A stretch of 64,000 nt of DNA from Escherichia phage CLB_P2, in the sequence record OL770107; one strand, 5' to 3'. Under the pieces are notes generated by a model. The model was not told the DNA's origin. It ran no database searches and was given only the letters and a program-made list of their open reading frames with translations. Positions 39,538-49,935 of the stretch are shown one piece after another; position 1 is the first letter of the stretch, and each line of letters starts with the position of its first letter. Position numbers and translations under genes: made by a program.

Positions 39538-40062
39538 ATGAACGCTAAAGATATTTTTTCACTGATTAATTTTAACAATGGTAATTTCAAATCCGAAAAA
39601 CAAAGCAAGTTCTTTAATGACGTTGCTTGTGGTAATGAGATTACCGTATCTGGAGGAGAGATTTACAAAAGCCGTTGGAACTGGATTGCTGTCATCGATT
39701 CAGTTGGTATTGTAGAGCTCTACAAAAACACCAACAAAAAACGTACTCTTCACTGGAGTCGTGAAACCAACCAAGCTTATCAAGCTGAGCGTAATAAACG
39801 TTTAATGCCTACTGAATCTGACCTGGCAAACGTTAAATCAGATATCGCTTATTTTGATAACTTAATTGCCAAACAACAAGCGGTTATTGATAAGTTTGAC
39901 GAAATCAAAGCTTGTAAAGAGATTCCTGAATTTATGCGGGAATCAGTAAACGAACAGTACGCCCTCACTTCAGGTCGTATCGAGCAGTACAAATCACAAC
40001 GAGCTGAACGCCAAGCTCTGCTTCAGAAATTTGAAGAGCGTTTAAAGACGGTTCTCGCATAA
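39538..40062 (+). CDS. hypothetical protein
   Basis: 174 aa ORF; C-terminal helical region. Confidence 0.45.
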   Translation: MNAKDIFSLINFNNGNFKSEKQSKFFNDVACGNEITVSGGEIYKSRWNWIAVIDSVGIVELYKNTNKKRTLHWSRETNQAYQAERNKRLMPTESDLANVKSDIAYFDNLIAKQQAVIDKFDEIKACKEIPEFMRESVNEQYALTSGRIEQYKSQRAERQALLQKFEERLKTVLA

Positions 40063-40090
40063 ACGCTTTATACCAAGGATGGTATAATGG
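40062..40090 (+). promoter_or_regulatory. candidate MotA-dependent middle promoter
   Basis: CGCTTTA (MotA-box-like) then 12-nt spacer and TATAAT. Confidence 0.4.
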
Positions 40091-40125
40091 TTCTAGGTTC
40101 TTAATTACTTACTGAGGAAATTATT

Positions 40126-40971
40126 ATGTCACAAGCAATTAATCAAATTCGTTCTGAAGTTAAAAAAGTTGTTAAATTTGGTCGTATTCCTAGTTCTAAA
40201 GAAGTGGTTGAAAAGGTCCTATATATGATGTGGGACAAGTTCAATGTTTGTACTGTTAAAGATGACTTTATTAAAATCTTTGACAAGACTAAAGGTTCGT
40301 TTACGTTAGAAGACCGGGTCATGAAAACTCTTCGTAAAACAGGTATGTTGTCTCGTGCTAATGCCAAAATTATTCTTAAAAATTATAACAAAGGCTACGA
40401 CCTTTATGGTCGTTTAATCCCGGCGATGTCATTTGGTGAAGTTGTTCAAGACCTTCATGCCAACCAACGACGTCTACTGGCTCTTGGCGCTCGACTTGCA
40501 AAAGGTCTTGATAAACAAATGACATTTAAGACTAACGGTTCAGGTGATTGGATTATCTTTAATATTGTTAACCACCCTGGAAATGAAAATGAGTATACCA
40601 TTTCAACTTTTAGTGGTTGTCAATATGACAACTGGAAGTTCCATCTGCGCTTGGCCCTGTCTGAATTAGAACAACACGGTGTTCTTAGTTTTGGTGATGC
40701 TGAAACTGGAGTAGGCCAACGTATTAAACTTTATAAAATTAAAGACCTGGCTGAAGAGCATTCAGAACAAGCTCCTAAAATGGAACCTGTACCAGTGCGC
40801 AGCAATGAGAAACATCAAGCCCAGATTGAGTATTTTAGCAATTTGCTTACTTGCTTGAATGTTACAATCCAACAACAAGATGATGAGATTTTCCGACTCT
40901 CTGGTCTGAATGCCAAAGCTAAGGCTGAACGCCGGAAATATATCGATATCCTAAATCTTCTTAAGGATTAA
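40126..40971 (+). CDS. hypothetical protein
   Basis: 281 aa; shares leader and first codons MSQAI with the 47491 gene. Confidence 0.45.
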   Translation: MSQAINQIRSEVKKVVKFGRIPSSKEVVEKVLYMMWDKFNVCTVKDDFIKIFDKTKGSFTLEDRVMKTLRKTGMLSRANAKIILKNYNKGYDLYGRLIPAMSFGEVVQDLHANQRRLLALGARLAKGLDKQMTFKTNGSGDWIIFNIVNHPGNENEYTISTFSGCQYDNWKFHLRLALSELEQHGVLSFGDAETGVGQRIKLYKIKDLAEEHSEQAPKMEPVPVRSNEKHQAQIEYFSNLLTCLNVTIQQQDDEIFRLSGLNAKAKAERRKYIDILNLLKD

Positions 40972-41055
40972 TTATGGAATGGCTCGCTGTTCTTGGATAT
41001 GTAATCGTAGCCACGGGTGTTCTGTGGCTAATTTTCTCAAACATTATAGGTTAAT

Positions 41056-41271
41056 ATGGAAATCTTAGGTTTTATTCTCCTTTACTTTGTGCTAGGATTT
41101 ATGACGACCTTTATCATTCATAAATCAGGTGATTGGAATCCAATCGAAATTGAATCAAGCTATGATGCAGTATTCATTACACTAGTATGGCCCCTACTTT
41201 GGGTTGTTTTGGTCATTATGATGGTGTTTTGGCCTATCGCTAAATTCTATGAAAAATTATTTGGACTTTAA
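41056..41271 (+). CDS. small membrane protein
   Basis: 71 aa, two hydrophobic helices. Confidence 0.4.
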   Translation: MEILGFILLYFVLGFMTTFIIHKSGDWNPIEIESSYDAVFITLVWPLLWVVLVIMMVFWPIAKFYEKLFGL

Positions 41272-41272
41272 T

Positions 41273-42142
41273 ATGAATATTAAAACACGTAAAGAATACT
41301 CTATATACGACCATGACACGACTCGTCGTATCGCTATCGATCGGCTAGCTGACTTTGGTCATATTTGTAATGGTAATTATACTTATGGCGTAGGTCGTAA
41401 AGGAACTTATATTTCTTCTTTGAACGATTATTGCCGTCGCCCAGCCCACCTGTTTGGTGCAACATTACGAGCTAATATCAAAGACCTCTTGGCTACCGCA
41501 GGACGTATTTCTACGGTTCCTGTTAATATCAAGAATATTAATTTTACGGCTCGTAACCTGGTCATTAATATTCTGGCTGACGGTATCCAAGTTCGTTTCC
41601 GTCCTACCTCAAAAGGTAATAAGGCCCTTCGTGAAGCATTCGAAACCTTATTTAGGGAAGCAATGACCCGTATTAAGGCAGTAGAATCATATAAAGTTAC
41701 AACCGATGAATATGCCGATTGTTCAGGGCAAGCCGATGCAGTGTATATAAGAGTTAAACTAACTCGCGAATATCTTTTATCTTATGCCCCTTATCAATCC
41801 CAACAAAAGGACCCACAAATGGAACGTCGTATCTCTGCAGTATCATGTGACAGCGTAGGCCAGTATGCAGCCTATGACAAATTCAAAACCACCGCGGTGC
41901 CCAGTCCATTCAATTCCGAACCGTATCATTGGAAAATTAAACCCGATAATTCTTTGGTTGTTACTAACCCTACGATGAAACCTATTGAGACCTATTATGC
42001 AGATAGCATCCAGGAATCAATCCATCGTTTAAATGGCCAGATTGAAGATGAGAAAAAGAGTATTCAAGACGTTCTTAATCGCATCAAGAATATGGAAAAC
42101 CAGCGTGACAAGCTTCGCGCGGCACTATTAGCTCTAAAATAA
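41273..42142 (+). CDS. hypothetical protein
   Basis: ATG at 41273 overlapping upstream stop; 289 aa. Confidence 0.45.
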   Translation: MNIKTRKEYSIYDHDTTRRIAIDRLADFGHICNGNYTYGVGRKGTYISSLNDYCRRPAHLFGATLRANIKDLLATAGRISTVPVNIKNINFTARNLVINILADGIQVRFRPTSKGNKALREAFETLFREAMTRIKAVESYKVTTDEYADCSGQADAVYIRVKLTREYLLSYAPYQSQQKDPQMERRISAVSCDSVGQYAAYDKFKTTAVPSPFNSEPYHWKIKPDNSLVVTNPTMKPIETYYADSIQESIHRLNGQIEDEKKSIQDVLNRIKNMENQRDKLRAALLALK

Positions 42143-42143
42143 T

Positions 42144-42180
42144 GTTTACATCCAAGGACGGATGGAGTATAATCCTTTTA
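42144..42180 (+). promoter_or_regulatory. early promoter / stem-loop cassette
   Basis: GTTTAC -35, GGAGTATAAT -10 inside inverted repeat aagga/tcctt. Confidence 0.55.
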
Positions 42181-42201
42181 TCAACTACTGAGGAGAATAT
42201 C

Positions 42202-43212
42202 ATGACCCGTACTGAATACATCAATGCCTTTACTACGTATATCACTGACAATACCCCTCCATTAACCCCATATGAGGTGATAGTTTCTAATATCAATAAA
42301 TGGGTAGACCAAATTGACGAAGATTTGTCGCTGTATTTTAAATCTGAAATAGAAAAGATTGCAGGGCGTTTGTTTATCCCTGATATCATAGATACATTTA
42401 AAGGTTCTCGACTGCTTTCGCGGCTGGTTAATAAGGATATCCTTTCAGAGTTTGGCAAAGAGAAACACCCAGGTTCCAGCCACGTTGTTAGCTACCAATG
42501 GTTTGGTGATGTTTTAAAAAGCTATATCAAAATGAAAGGTATGGATCCTAGTGGTCTATTTCCACAGCGTTGGACTAGCGAATTTAAGGCTAACTCTGCA
42601 TTAATTCTCAAAGCGGCCTCTAAAACCATAGTTTCTGGTGATTCCCGTACTATTCACCCTATGGCTAATTGCATGATTAAAACAAATAGTTATAAAGGAA
42701 AAGCTATTATTTCTGTTATTTGGTCACCTAATAGGAAACCTAAAGATGACGCGGAAGTTGTAAAGTATCAAGATATTGCTTACGACACCTTGAATATTAT
42801 CGAACAAGCCTTAGCTTTTATGGATACAGTAGAGAAATATGAGACTCAAGAAGTAAAACATTTCTATGGCTGGAAAGGATACGAGGTCTTAGTAAAAGTC
42901 CGCGAAATCAAATGTCCTGTTCCAAAAACCGATGCTGAAATTTACCAAGAAAAATGTGAGGAAATTGTGAACACCGATAAAGAGCCTGCTACATTAGAAG
43001 ACTTGATTAATGACTTGAATAGCCCTATCATGGCTCCTACACCAATTACTAAATCCAAGTTACCGGAAATCGTTGCCTTAGAAAAAGCGTATAAAGATGC
43101 CCTTGCTATTAACAAAAAACTGACTGGCCAATATACCGCTGCCAAGAAACTTTGGGAAGAGTCTACCAATCGTTTAGACCGTCTTGAACAAGCTCTGGAG
43201 CTGTTGAAATGA
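42202..43212 (+). CDS. hypothetical protein
   Basis: ATG after SD GAGGAG; 336 aa. Confidence 0.45.
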   Translation: MTRTEYINAFTTYITDNTPPLTPYEVIVSNINKWVDQIDEDLSLYFKSEIEKIAGRLFIPDIIDTFKGSRLLSRLVNKDILSEFGKEKHPGSSHVVSYQWFGDVLKSYIKMKGMDPSGLFPQRWTSEFKANSALILKAASKTIVSGDSRTIHPMANCMIKTNSYKGKAIISVIWSPNRKPKDDAEVVKYQDIAYDTLNIIEQALAFMDTVEKYETQEVKHFYGWKGYEVLVKVREIKCPVPKTDAEIYQEKCEEIVNTDKEPATLEDLINDLNSPIMAPTPITKSKLPEIVALEKAYKDALAINKKLTGQYTAAKKLWEESTNRLDRLEQALELLK

Positions 43213-43430
43213 AATATCAATTAGCCGATGATATCGACCAAACTATTCCTGATTGGAATCAAATTATTAAAATTGTCGAACGTCGCGAACGAGCTTCTAA
43301 GAATGTTCCAAATTGTCCTGAATGTGGAACTGAACAGGTCCAGTTGATTCAATGGCGTCATAATCCGCTTCAGTATAAATGCCGTCATTGTAAGCACAAA
43401 TTTGAGCGAGACGAAAATGGCAAAGCGTAA
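43209..43430 (+). CDS. zinc-ribbon small protein
   Basis: CPECG...CRHCKH (C-x2-C ... C-x2-C). Confidence 0.4.
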   Translation: MKYQLADDIDQTIPDWNQIIKIVERRERASKNVPNCPECGTEQVQLIQWRHNPLQYKCRHCKHKFERDENGKA

Positions 43431-43653
43431 AGAATATGTAGAGGCCGCCGATAAGGCGGTTCGCGAACTTACTTTGGCTTATTATAAAGAGCATGGTAAA
43501 TTCCCGGACAGTTATTCAGTATTGAAATCTGCTTTAACTCGTTCGTATAATAATATACTATCTGATGTTTATGATTTAAAATACGAACACCTCGAAAAAT
43601 ATGGAACAGAACTTGACCGTTCTGAAGCATTCAAACAAGTATTAGGAATTTAA
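43417..43653 (+). CDS. hypothetical protein
   Basis: 78 aa ORF; start at ATG after GAGACGAAA. Confidence 0.4.
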   Translation: MAKRKEYVEAADKAVRELTLAYYKEHGKFPDSYSVLKSALTRSYNNILSDVYDLKYEHLEKYGTELDRSEAFKQVLGI

Positions 43654-43654
43654 A

Positions 43655-43918
43655 ATGTTTAAAGTTTATGGTTACGATTCAAATATTCACCGTTGTGTTT
43701 TCTGTGATAATGCCAAACGTCTACTTGATGTTAAGAAACAACCTTACGAATTCATTAACGTGATGCCGGAAAAAGGTGTATTTGATGATGAGAAGATTGC
43801 TGAACTCTTGACTGCTCTTGGTCGTGAATCTCAAGTAGGTTTGACTATGCCTCAGGTATTTGCTCCTGATGGAACTTCTATTGGTGGCTTTGACCAACTG
43901 CGGGCGTATTTCAAATGA
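43655..43918 (+). CDS. nrdC: thioredoxin/glutaredoxin NrdC
   Basis: 87 aa; MFKVYGYDSNIH.CV.CDNAKRLL ... MPQVFAPDG near-identical to T4 NrdC as recalled. Confidence 0.85.
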   Translation: MFKVYGYDSNIHRCVFCDNAKRLLDVKKQPYEFINVMPEKGVFDDEKIAELLTALGRESQVGLTMPQVFAPDGTSIGGFDQLRAYFK

Positions 43919-44087
43919 CCAAATTTGATATGGCCTATAAAACCTGTGCAGGAGAGTTTGATACTCCTGCCCCTAGTAAAGAAACCGTATTAGCAAATCT
44001 CCCGGATTGGTTAAAAGAAGAAGCCAACGAATGGGGTTGGACTGATACTTGTGTACGCGACCAGTTATTTGAATTTATGGTGGAATT

Positions 44088-44396
44088 ATGATTGGGTTAA
44101 ACGAACAAACCATTTTTCTAGGTGATGGCACCGAAGACGACCTAGAATATAAACTCTATGAATACATGGTTTGGTTGGCTAAAGCAGAAGGTATTGACTT
44201 TGCTGTGGCTAATCCGTATGGTGAGAATACTGTTGTAATTGGTGGCACTGCTTATGAAGTTCAATGGCAATACGTCGGGCTCGAATCCGAAGAATTTGAA
44301 GAAGATGAGCATGGTGATTGGCATCCGGTTGGCCCTTGGTATTGGGAAAACGGCGAGCCTGATTTTGAAGTAAGTAGTTGGTGGTGTGACCGTTAA
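44088..44396 (+). CDS. hypothetical acidic protein
   Basis: 102 aa ORF. Confidence 0.4.
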   Translation: MIGLNEQTIFLGDGTEDDLEYKLYEYMVWLAKAEGIDFAVANPYGENTVVIGGTAYEVQWQYVGLESEEFEEDEHGDWHPVGPWYWENGEPDFEVSSWWCDR

Positions 44397-44442
44397 GCCG
44401 TGGTATGTCGCTCGGTGGGAAACTACCGAGCCAGAGGAACCG

Positions 44443-44475
44443 GTTTACAACGATTCCGAAATAGAGTATAATGAA
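44443..44475 (+). promoter_or_regulatory. early promoter (sigma70-type)
   Basis: GTTTAC, 17-nt spacer, GAGTATAAT. Confidence 0.55.
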
Positions 44476-44897
44476 CCTTCAAACAATGATTTAATCGATA
44501 TGGAGTTTGGATATGAGTACCAAAATTGAAATTGGCCGTCATAAAGGCCGTCTGATTGAACATTCGCTTTACGAGTTATCGGATTCGGGTTCTTTACCTG
44601 ACCTAGAGTCTGATTTGATTAAAGCTGCAGCCGATTATATCCATTGGCTTGAAGCGCAACTCCGCTTTTCTGACGAGGTCTTCTGATGAAAACTAAATTA
44701 GTCTATACCGAAAAGTTAAATGGTGACAAGGTCTGGAAACTTCTTATCAAAGGAAGTCCTACTGACCAGTTTATGGCCACTTGTGTAGGATTATATACCC
44801 GTCCTACCAAAAAGATGATTCGTCAATTTAAAAGGTTGCATCGCTCATTTTATAACGTTTAATAAATACCCTTATCTAATAATGGTAAGGGTTTATT

Positions 44898-45371
44898 ATG
44901 TTGTTGACTGGCAAACTATACAAAGAAGAAAAACAAAAACTTTATGATGCACAACATGGTAAGTGTTTGATTTGTAAACGTGAATTAAACCCTGATGTTC
45001 AAAGTAACCACCTTGACCACGACCATGAATTGAACGGGCCAAAAGCCGGTAAGGTTCGTGGTTTACTATGTAACCTGTGCAATGCTGCAGAAGGACAAAT
45101 GAAGCATAAGTTCAACCGTTCTGGTCTTAAAGGTCAAAACGTTGACTACCTCGAATGGTTAGAGAATTTGCTGGTCTATCTAAAAGCTGATTATACCGAA
45201 AACAATATCCATCCTAATTTCGTTCCTGATAAAACCAAAGAGTTCAGTAGATTAGGTAAGGAAGAAATGATTGCTGAAATGCTTTCACACGGAATGACTT
45301 ATAATGAATCTGATACCAAAAAACAAATGGTTGATTCATTTAAAAAACAACTGAGGAAATCGCTTAAATGA
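44898..45371 (+). CDS. 49: endonuclease VII (Holliday junction resolvase gp49)
   Basis: 157 aa; MLLTGKLYKEEKQK.YDAQ.GKCLIC.RELNPDVQ.NHLDHDHELNGPKAGKVRGLLCNLCNAAEG matches T4 endo VII. Confidence 0.9.
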   Translation: MLLTGKLYKEEKQKLYDAQHGKCLICKRELNPDVQSNHLDHDHELNGPKAGKVRGLLCNLCNAAEGQMKHKFNRSGLKGQNVDYLEWLENLLVYLKADYTENNIHPNFVPDKTKEFSRLGKEEMIAEMLSHGMTYNESDTKKQMVDSFKKQLRKSLK

Positions 45372-45480
45372 TTAATTTTTATGGCTACACATTCTATGCT
45401 CTAGTTGAATCTCTGAACGATGCAGTGCGTATTATGGGTGTTGAGTATCCTGCTCAATGGTTATTTGTTGTAACTAATAT

Positions 45481-45708
45481 GTGGGTTCTTTAATGAATAA
45501 ATTTCGTAACGCTGTTTCTGATATCCTGGCCAATATTACATTTGTCCTGTTTATTGTGTGTCTTTTAATCCTGGCCATCCCATTCGGATTGCTGTTTGTG
45601 ATGATTGGTGCGCTGAGTACTGAAAAGGGTCTTGAAGAGTCTGAGTTCGAAAAACGAATCCAGTCTGTCCATAGTGTTATTTCTAAAATGATGAAGGTTA
45701 AAGAATGA
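45481..45708 (+). CDS. small membrane protein
   Basis: 75 aa; central transmembrane helix. Confidence 0.4.
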   Translation: MGSLMNKFRNAVSDILANITFVLFIVCLLILAIPFGLLFVMIGALSTEKGLEESEFEKRIQSVHSVISKMMKVKE

Positions 45709-46001
45709 AACGTTTTGAAGAATATGTAGCTACTGATTGGGGTGCTTGGGACAAGTTTGGCCAAGAATGGTACTTCCATGACTGTGACCTGAACCCAGAA
45801 TTCTTTAAAGATAAGGAAGATGACCTCAAGGACATCTATGCTCTGTCAGAGATTCACGGTATTAAACCTACGGTCTACTTCTCTTTTGATGATACCGGGT
45901 TCCTTATCCAGATTTACATCCCATATGGAACTAATGAAGACGAAGTTATCAAAACTTGGGACTACCAAGGAGTTATTTCCTGTGGACCAAAAGTTAACTA
46001 A
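45705..46001 (+). CDS. hypothetical protein
   Basis: 98 aa ORF, ATGA overlap. Confidence 0.4.
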   Translation: MKRFEEYVATDWGAWDKFGQEWYFHDCDLNPEFFKDKEDDLKDIYALSEIHGIKPTVYFSFDDTGFLIQIYIPYGTNEDEVIKTWDYQGVISCGPKVN

Positions 46002-46299
46002 AATTGAGATTTACGGTATACCTGAGACAGTCATGCGCTGTCCAGGGTGCATTGCAGTTCTATCGCTCCTAAATTCCCTTTCTATCCCACATACTTTCTA
46101 TCCTGTGATTAATCAGACGCCGTCAGGCGCAGTATATGACAAGCCTCTTATAGTATCATTGGCCAAACGTGCAGGCTTCAAGAGCTTAGCTATACGCTAT
46201 CCTGTAATCTTTGTTGATAATAAGAAAATAGAAAATATTCCTGCCTTCAAATCCCTTTTGATTGAGCTTGGCTATGACCGAGATTTAATTGAAGATTAG
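45982..46299 (+). CDS. glutaredoxin-like protein (NrdH-like), GTG start
   Basis: CPGC active-site motif after an N-terminal beta-strand KIEIYG; C-terminal YPVIFVDNKKI; SD AGGAG 8 nt before GTG. Confidence 0.4.
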   Translation: MDQKLTKIEIYGIPETVMRCPGCIAVLSLLNSLSIPHTFYPVINQTPSGAVYDKPLIVSLAKRAGFKSLAIRYPVIFVDNKKIENIPAFKSLLIELGYDRDLIED

Positions 46300-46300
46300 T

Positions 46301-46345
46301 GTTTACTTCCTCTCCTCACGTGTTATAGTCTATCCTATCAACACA
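46301..46345 (+). promoter_or_regulatory. early promoter / stem-loop cassette
   Basis: GTTTAC -35; inverted repeat ctcctcacgtg/cacatgaggag. Confidence 0.5.
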
Positions 46346-46531
46346 TGAGGAGAACATTATGACTATCCAAGATAAAGAAATTAAAGTCAACCAGTATTAT
46401 TCAATCAACGGCAAAGCTGTTCTAGTAACTGAAATATCTAGCCTGGACGTGTGGTATACCATAATTGACCTTAATATTAAAATGATTTGTGACCGTGGTG
46501 TATTTTGTTCGATAGCTAAGGAAATTAAATT

Positions 46532-46786
46532 ATGAGCCTGAAATTGCATTCAATGAAAAATGTCATCACCCTTAATCTTGATGATGAACGTTTGATTTTT
46601 CTCACCGTCACTGATAAGAATATTGAAATTGCAAATGGTCCTAAGACTTATTGCTGCCCAGTGAAGAATTGGAAGCATGTAACCTTTTTGACCCTGGCCG
46701 ACCGTCTGAAAGACCTTAAGTTGGATTTGGATATCAAAGATATCCAGTATATTAAAAATCTTATTGGATACAAACTGTTGAGGTAA
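46532..46786 (+). CDS. hypothetical protein
   Basis: 84 aa ORF. Confidence 0.4.
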   Translation: MSLKLHSMKNVITLNLDDERLIFLTVTDKNIEIANGPKTYCCPVKNWKHVTFLTLADRLKDLKLDLDIKDIQYIKNLIGYKLLR

Positions 46787-46788
46787 CT

Positions 46789-47082
46789 ATGGGTAAAACT
46801 ATCCGTCGTAAAGAATTGTCTGTAAAAGATTTTTATTATTCCGGACGCCGTAAAGCACCAGATGGCGTAAGTCAGGAACGAGTTGAAGAAAATATCTTCC
46901 GATCTGACAAGTGGAAACGTATGCGTGGCGTTGATTCTGAAGTTAAGAATGAAATGAACCGCCAACTTCGTAAAGAAGTAAGAAAACTGAAAAAAGATGT
47001 TTACAGCGACGATGAACCTGATTACAATACTTCTCATCGAGTTGCAAAACGTAAATCAAACGAATGCTATCGTTACAGCTGA
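46789..47082 (+). CDS. hypothetical basic protein
   Basis: 97 aa, Lys/Arg-rich. Confidence 0.4.
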   Translation: MGKTIRRKELSVKDFYYSGRRKAPDGVSQERVEENIFRSDKWKRMRGVDSEVKNEMNRQLRKEVRKLKKDVYSDDEPDYNTSHRVAKRKSNECYRYS

Positions 47083-47221
47083 GGAAAATATGAATATCAA
47101 ACGTATGCTTTTTAAACAAGGATTATACACTTTAAATGTTGCTCCAAAAGGCGATACGACTAAGTGGTCAGTAAATGACTGGATTGAATTTATTGATGAA
47201 AACGGTAACTGGAAAATTTAA

Positions 47222-47422
47222 ATGAATCCTGAATCTAAATTATCACAACGAATTGCTGAAGCTCGTCGTCAGTTCTTTGAAAATATGATAGCTCAAGGTA
47301 TTGATGACGAAGTTTTTCTAAACTGGTTTTGGAATAACAAATATTCAAAATGCTCAGGAGCAATATTAATATCGGCCGCGATGATGTATGAAGGTTGGAA
47401 AGGTGCATTAGCACAAAAATAG
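47222..47422 (+). CDS. hypothetical protein
   Basis: 66 aa ORF. Confidence 0.4.
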   Translation: MNPESKLSQRIAEARRQFFENMIAQGIDDEVFLNWFWNNKYSKCSGAILISAAMMYEGWKGALAQK

Positions 47423-47460
47423 TTTACAAACTCTTGGGACCAGAGTATAATGGTCCCACG
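47422..47460 (+). promoter_or_regulatory. early promoter / stem-loop cassette
   Basis: GTTTAC, 18-nt spacer, TATAAT inside inverted repeat gggacc/ggtccc. Confidence 0.55.
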
Positions 47461-47490
47461 GATTATAAATTTTAAACTGAGGAAATTATT

Positions 47491-47820
47491 ATGTCACAAG
47501 CTATTAAAAACGTACTGAACTCTTTCGCTTTCGATAAAGTTAACGAACTGATGAAAACCGGCTTTGTAACTCCTCAGGTTCTTGACCAATGGGTTGCTGA
47601 ACTGTTACCAATCATGCACTCTAAAGACCAAAAAATTGGTAAGAACGGTATTCGTGAAATCCTGGTTCAATATATTCTCGACGAATTTGATGTGGCCGCC
47701 TTTGGTGTCGAATCTAAAGCTTGGTGCCCGGGTGAAATCACGGACAAAACCATCCGTCGTATGAAGAATCAACGTAAGAAAAAATTCGTTGACCTGAAAA
47801 TTGTTAAGGCTGCTAAATGA
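47491..47820 (+). CDS. hypothetical protein
   Basis: 109 aa; same leader and MSQAI start as the 40126 gene. Confidence 0.45.
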   Translation: MSQAIKNVLNSFAFDKVNELMKTGFVTPQVLDQWVAELLPIMHSKDQKIGKNGIREILVQYILDEFDVAAFGVESKAWCPGEITDKTIRRMKNQRKKKFVDLKIVKAAK

Positions 47821-48065
47821 GTAATTTGCCTGAAGATGTATCGGTTATAATAGTCCTTAAAGCTTTAGCCGGTTTCCAACGTACCCCTATGATGAATAAT
47901 AGTGAAACTATTATAAAAGCGGCTAATATGTTAAGTGGAAGTCATCGCGATTTCAGAATATTTCCTATAAGCTCTAAGACCACTTATATGAAAATGCCCG
48001 ATCCTAAAATAGCTTGGGACGAAGGCATGACATTAAATGAATTTGAGGATTATTTAAATGATTAA
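47817..48065 (+). CDS. hypothetical protein
   Basis: 82 aa ORF, ATGA overlap. Confidence 0.4.
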   Translation: MSNLPEDVSVIIVLKALAGFQRTPMMNNSETIIKAANMLSGSHRDFRIFPISSKTTYMKMPDPKIAWDEGMTLNEFEDYLND

Positions 48066-48324
48066 AATAAAACTCTCTAATTACGATAAAAACTTGGAAA
48101 TGATTGCTATGAAAGAAGAACTCCTGAATGATGTCCGCTTTACTGGTTATGCAGTTCAATTTAATAGTGATGGGGTTCTCCAGATTGAGGGCGACCACTT
48201 TATTATTGAATATGAATTTAAACAGTACTGGCTATACGCTAAAGATGAGGTCGGCGGTATTGATTACGTTGATGAGTTTGATAATCTTGATGATGCACTA
48301 GAAGGAGCCCGATTCCTACAATGA
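48058..48324 (+). CDS. hypothetical protein
   Basis: 88 aa ORF. Confidence 0.4.
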   Translation: MIKIKLSNYDKNLEMIAMKEELLNDVRFTGYAVQFNSDGVLQIEGDHFIIEYEFKQYWLYAKDEVGGIDYVDEFDNLDDALEGARFLQ

Positions 48325-48584
48325 CGCCTGTATCCATAACATTAGCTTATGAAGGCTTAGGATTTTTCTTAATAGATAACTATATGAATGTTGAGTTTAT
48401 TTGCGGAGAGACTTCTGAAGTGTGGAAGTCTCATATTTCCAAATACAACCAATCCGAATATTTAGTCCTTTACCAACAATTCTGCCTTTATATTCAAAGC
48501 CAAGGATTTGAAGGAGCCCCTTCCTTCGAAGAGTTCAAAAAAATTCTTGAAACAGTATTTCAGGCTTATTGCTTACTCCGTTGA
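48321..48584 (+). CDS. hypothetical protein
   Basis: 87 aa ORF. Confidence 0.4.
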   Translation: MTPVSITLAYEGLGFFLIDNYMNVEFICGETSEVWKSHISKYNQSEYLVLYQQFCLYIQSQGFEGAPSFEEFKKILETVFQAYCLLR

Positions 48585-48620
48585 TGCTTTAAACAGGTCT
48601 TCAAATACTATGATATAATA
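48585..48620 (+). promoter_or_regulatory. promoter upstream of gene 55 (MotA-box-like TGCTTTA plus -10 region)
   Basis: TGCTTTA followed by TACTAT/TATAAT elements and an inverted repeat ggtct/agacc. Confidence 0.4.
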
Positions 48621-48650
48621 GACCTATGATTTGAGTTATCTGAGGTAACA

Positions 48651-49208
48651 ATGACCGAAATTAAACTGACTAAAAATAACTATGTAAATAATAAGGAGCT
48701 TCTGAAAGCCATTACCCAGTGGAAAACAGAGCTCCGAGAAAATACCGATCCTAATAAAATAGTTCGTCAGAACGATGTTATCGGCTTGGCTATTATGCTC
48801 ATTGCTGAGGGCCTTTCTAAGCGTTTCAACTTCTCCGGGTATACCCAATCCTGGAAGCAAGAAATGATTGCTGATGGAATCGAAGCTTCTATTAAAGGTC
48901 TTCACAACTTCGACGAAACAAAATACGACAACCCACATGCATATATCACTATGGCTTGTTTTAATGCCTTTGTTCAGCGTATCAAGAAAGAACGTAAAGA
49001 AATGGCAAAGAAATACAGCTACTTCGTCCATAACGTTTATGACGCTAATGACGACGACATGGTAGGTATCGCAGATGAAACTTTTATCCAGGATATTTAC
49101 GACAAAATGACTCAGTATGAAACCTCTTTAGTTAAAGCGCCAGGGTCTGATAAGAGCGCCGAATCTAAAGTTGGTGAGCTGGATTTTTTATATGGAACTC
49201 AAGATTAA
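48651..49208 (+). CDS. 55: late-transcription sigma factor gp55
   Basis: 185 aa, same length as T4 gp55; position upstream of 47/46. Confidence 0.8.
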   Translation: MTEIKLTKNNYVNNKELLKAITQWKTELRENTDPNKIVRQNDVIGLAIMLIAEGLSKRFNFSGYTQSWKQEMIADGIEASIKGLHNFDETKYDNPHAYITMACFNAFVQRIKKERKEMAKKYSYFVHNVYDANDDDMVGIADETFIQDIYDKMTQYETSLVKAPGSDKSAESKVGELDFLYGTQD

Positions 49209-49419
49209 CCTGGTAGGCCTTTTAGAAGAAGTAGATGGAGAGTATTCGGCAATTCCTTATGTTCTTAAAATGTATCTTAAGGATATTGCCAAGCTTCCTA
49301 TTGTAATAGACCCAAAACACCCTGATTCGGTAGAAATTAAAGCTGAAAAAGGAACATTAACTTATAACTATCACGTTACCGACGAAGATTTTTATATAAA
49401 ACTGAATTACAAGGATTAA
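49192..49419 (+). CDS. hypothetical protein
   Basis: 75 aa ORF overlapping the end of gene 55. Confidence 0.35.
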   Translation: MELKINLVGLLEEVDGEYSAIPYVLKMYLKDIAKLPIVIDPKHPDSVEIKAEKGTLTYNYHVTDEDFYIKLNYKD

Positions 49420-49420
49420 T

Positions 49421-49732
49421 ATGCAAAGCACCGACATTTCTCAATTGACCGAAGAGCAAATTGAAGAAGCCCAGAAGCGTTTAGAAGAGAATAATGCTAA
49501 AGAAGCCGCTTCTCAAGCTGCCAAAATTCTTAAAAAGAATGCCCGTGAAATTAAGCGTCTTAATACACATGCTCAGGGCGCTGTTCTCGAAAACAATTTC
49601 GAAGCTTACAAATATGCTATAATTAAATTACGTGGTATTTACCGTCAACCGACTACTGACGAAATCGTTAGAGTTATGTGGGAAACTACGCGTAAACAGA
49701 TTTGGGAAATTATCAATGGCGCTAGTAAATAA
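49421..49732 (+). CDS. hypothetical protein
   Basis: 103 aa helical ORF. Confidence 0.4.
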   Translation: MQSTDISQLTEEQIEEAQKRLEENNAKEAASQAAKILKKNAREIKRLNTHAQGAVLENNFEAYKYAIIKLRGIYRQPTTDEIVRVMWETTRKQIWEIINGASK

Positions 49733-49916
49733 ACCCTTTAAACGGCTTCTTATTGGAGCCGCCTTCAGACTTCGCTCATACGGTAATATTTGTATTAAGC
49801 AGTCCGAAACCGAATATAAAATGAGTGGGCAATATTCCGATGAAATTTTTCGGATTGAGCCTGTAGCCAAGGTTTGGGTGGATTCACACCAACTTAAGAA
49901 ATGGTGGCAACGATGA
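49716..49916 (+). CDS. hypothetical basic protein
   Basis: 66 aa ORF. Confidence 0.3.
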   Translation: MALVNKPFKRLLIGAAFRLRSYGNICIKQSETEYKMSGQYSDEIFRIEPVAKVWVDSHQLKKWWQR

Positions 49917-49935
49917 TAACATGGACAGGTGGCTA

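Noticed and set aside
45820-45981. Long N-terminal part of track ORF 45820-46299, or a programmed frameshift joining 45705-46001 to the glutaredoxin-like frame
   Set aside because: The glutaredoxin fold starts at its first beta-strand near KIEIYG, with a GTG preceded by AGGAG; the upstream part overlaps another ORF in a different frame and no slippery sequence was seen.
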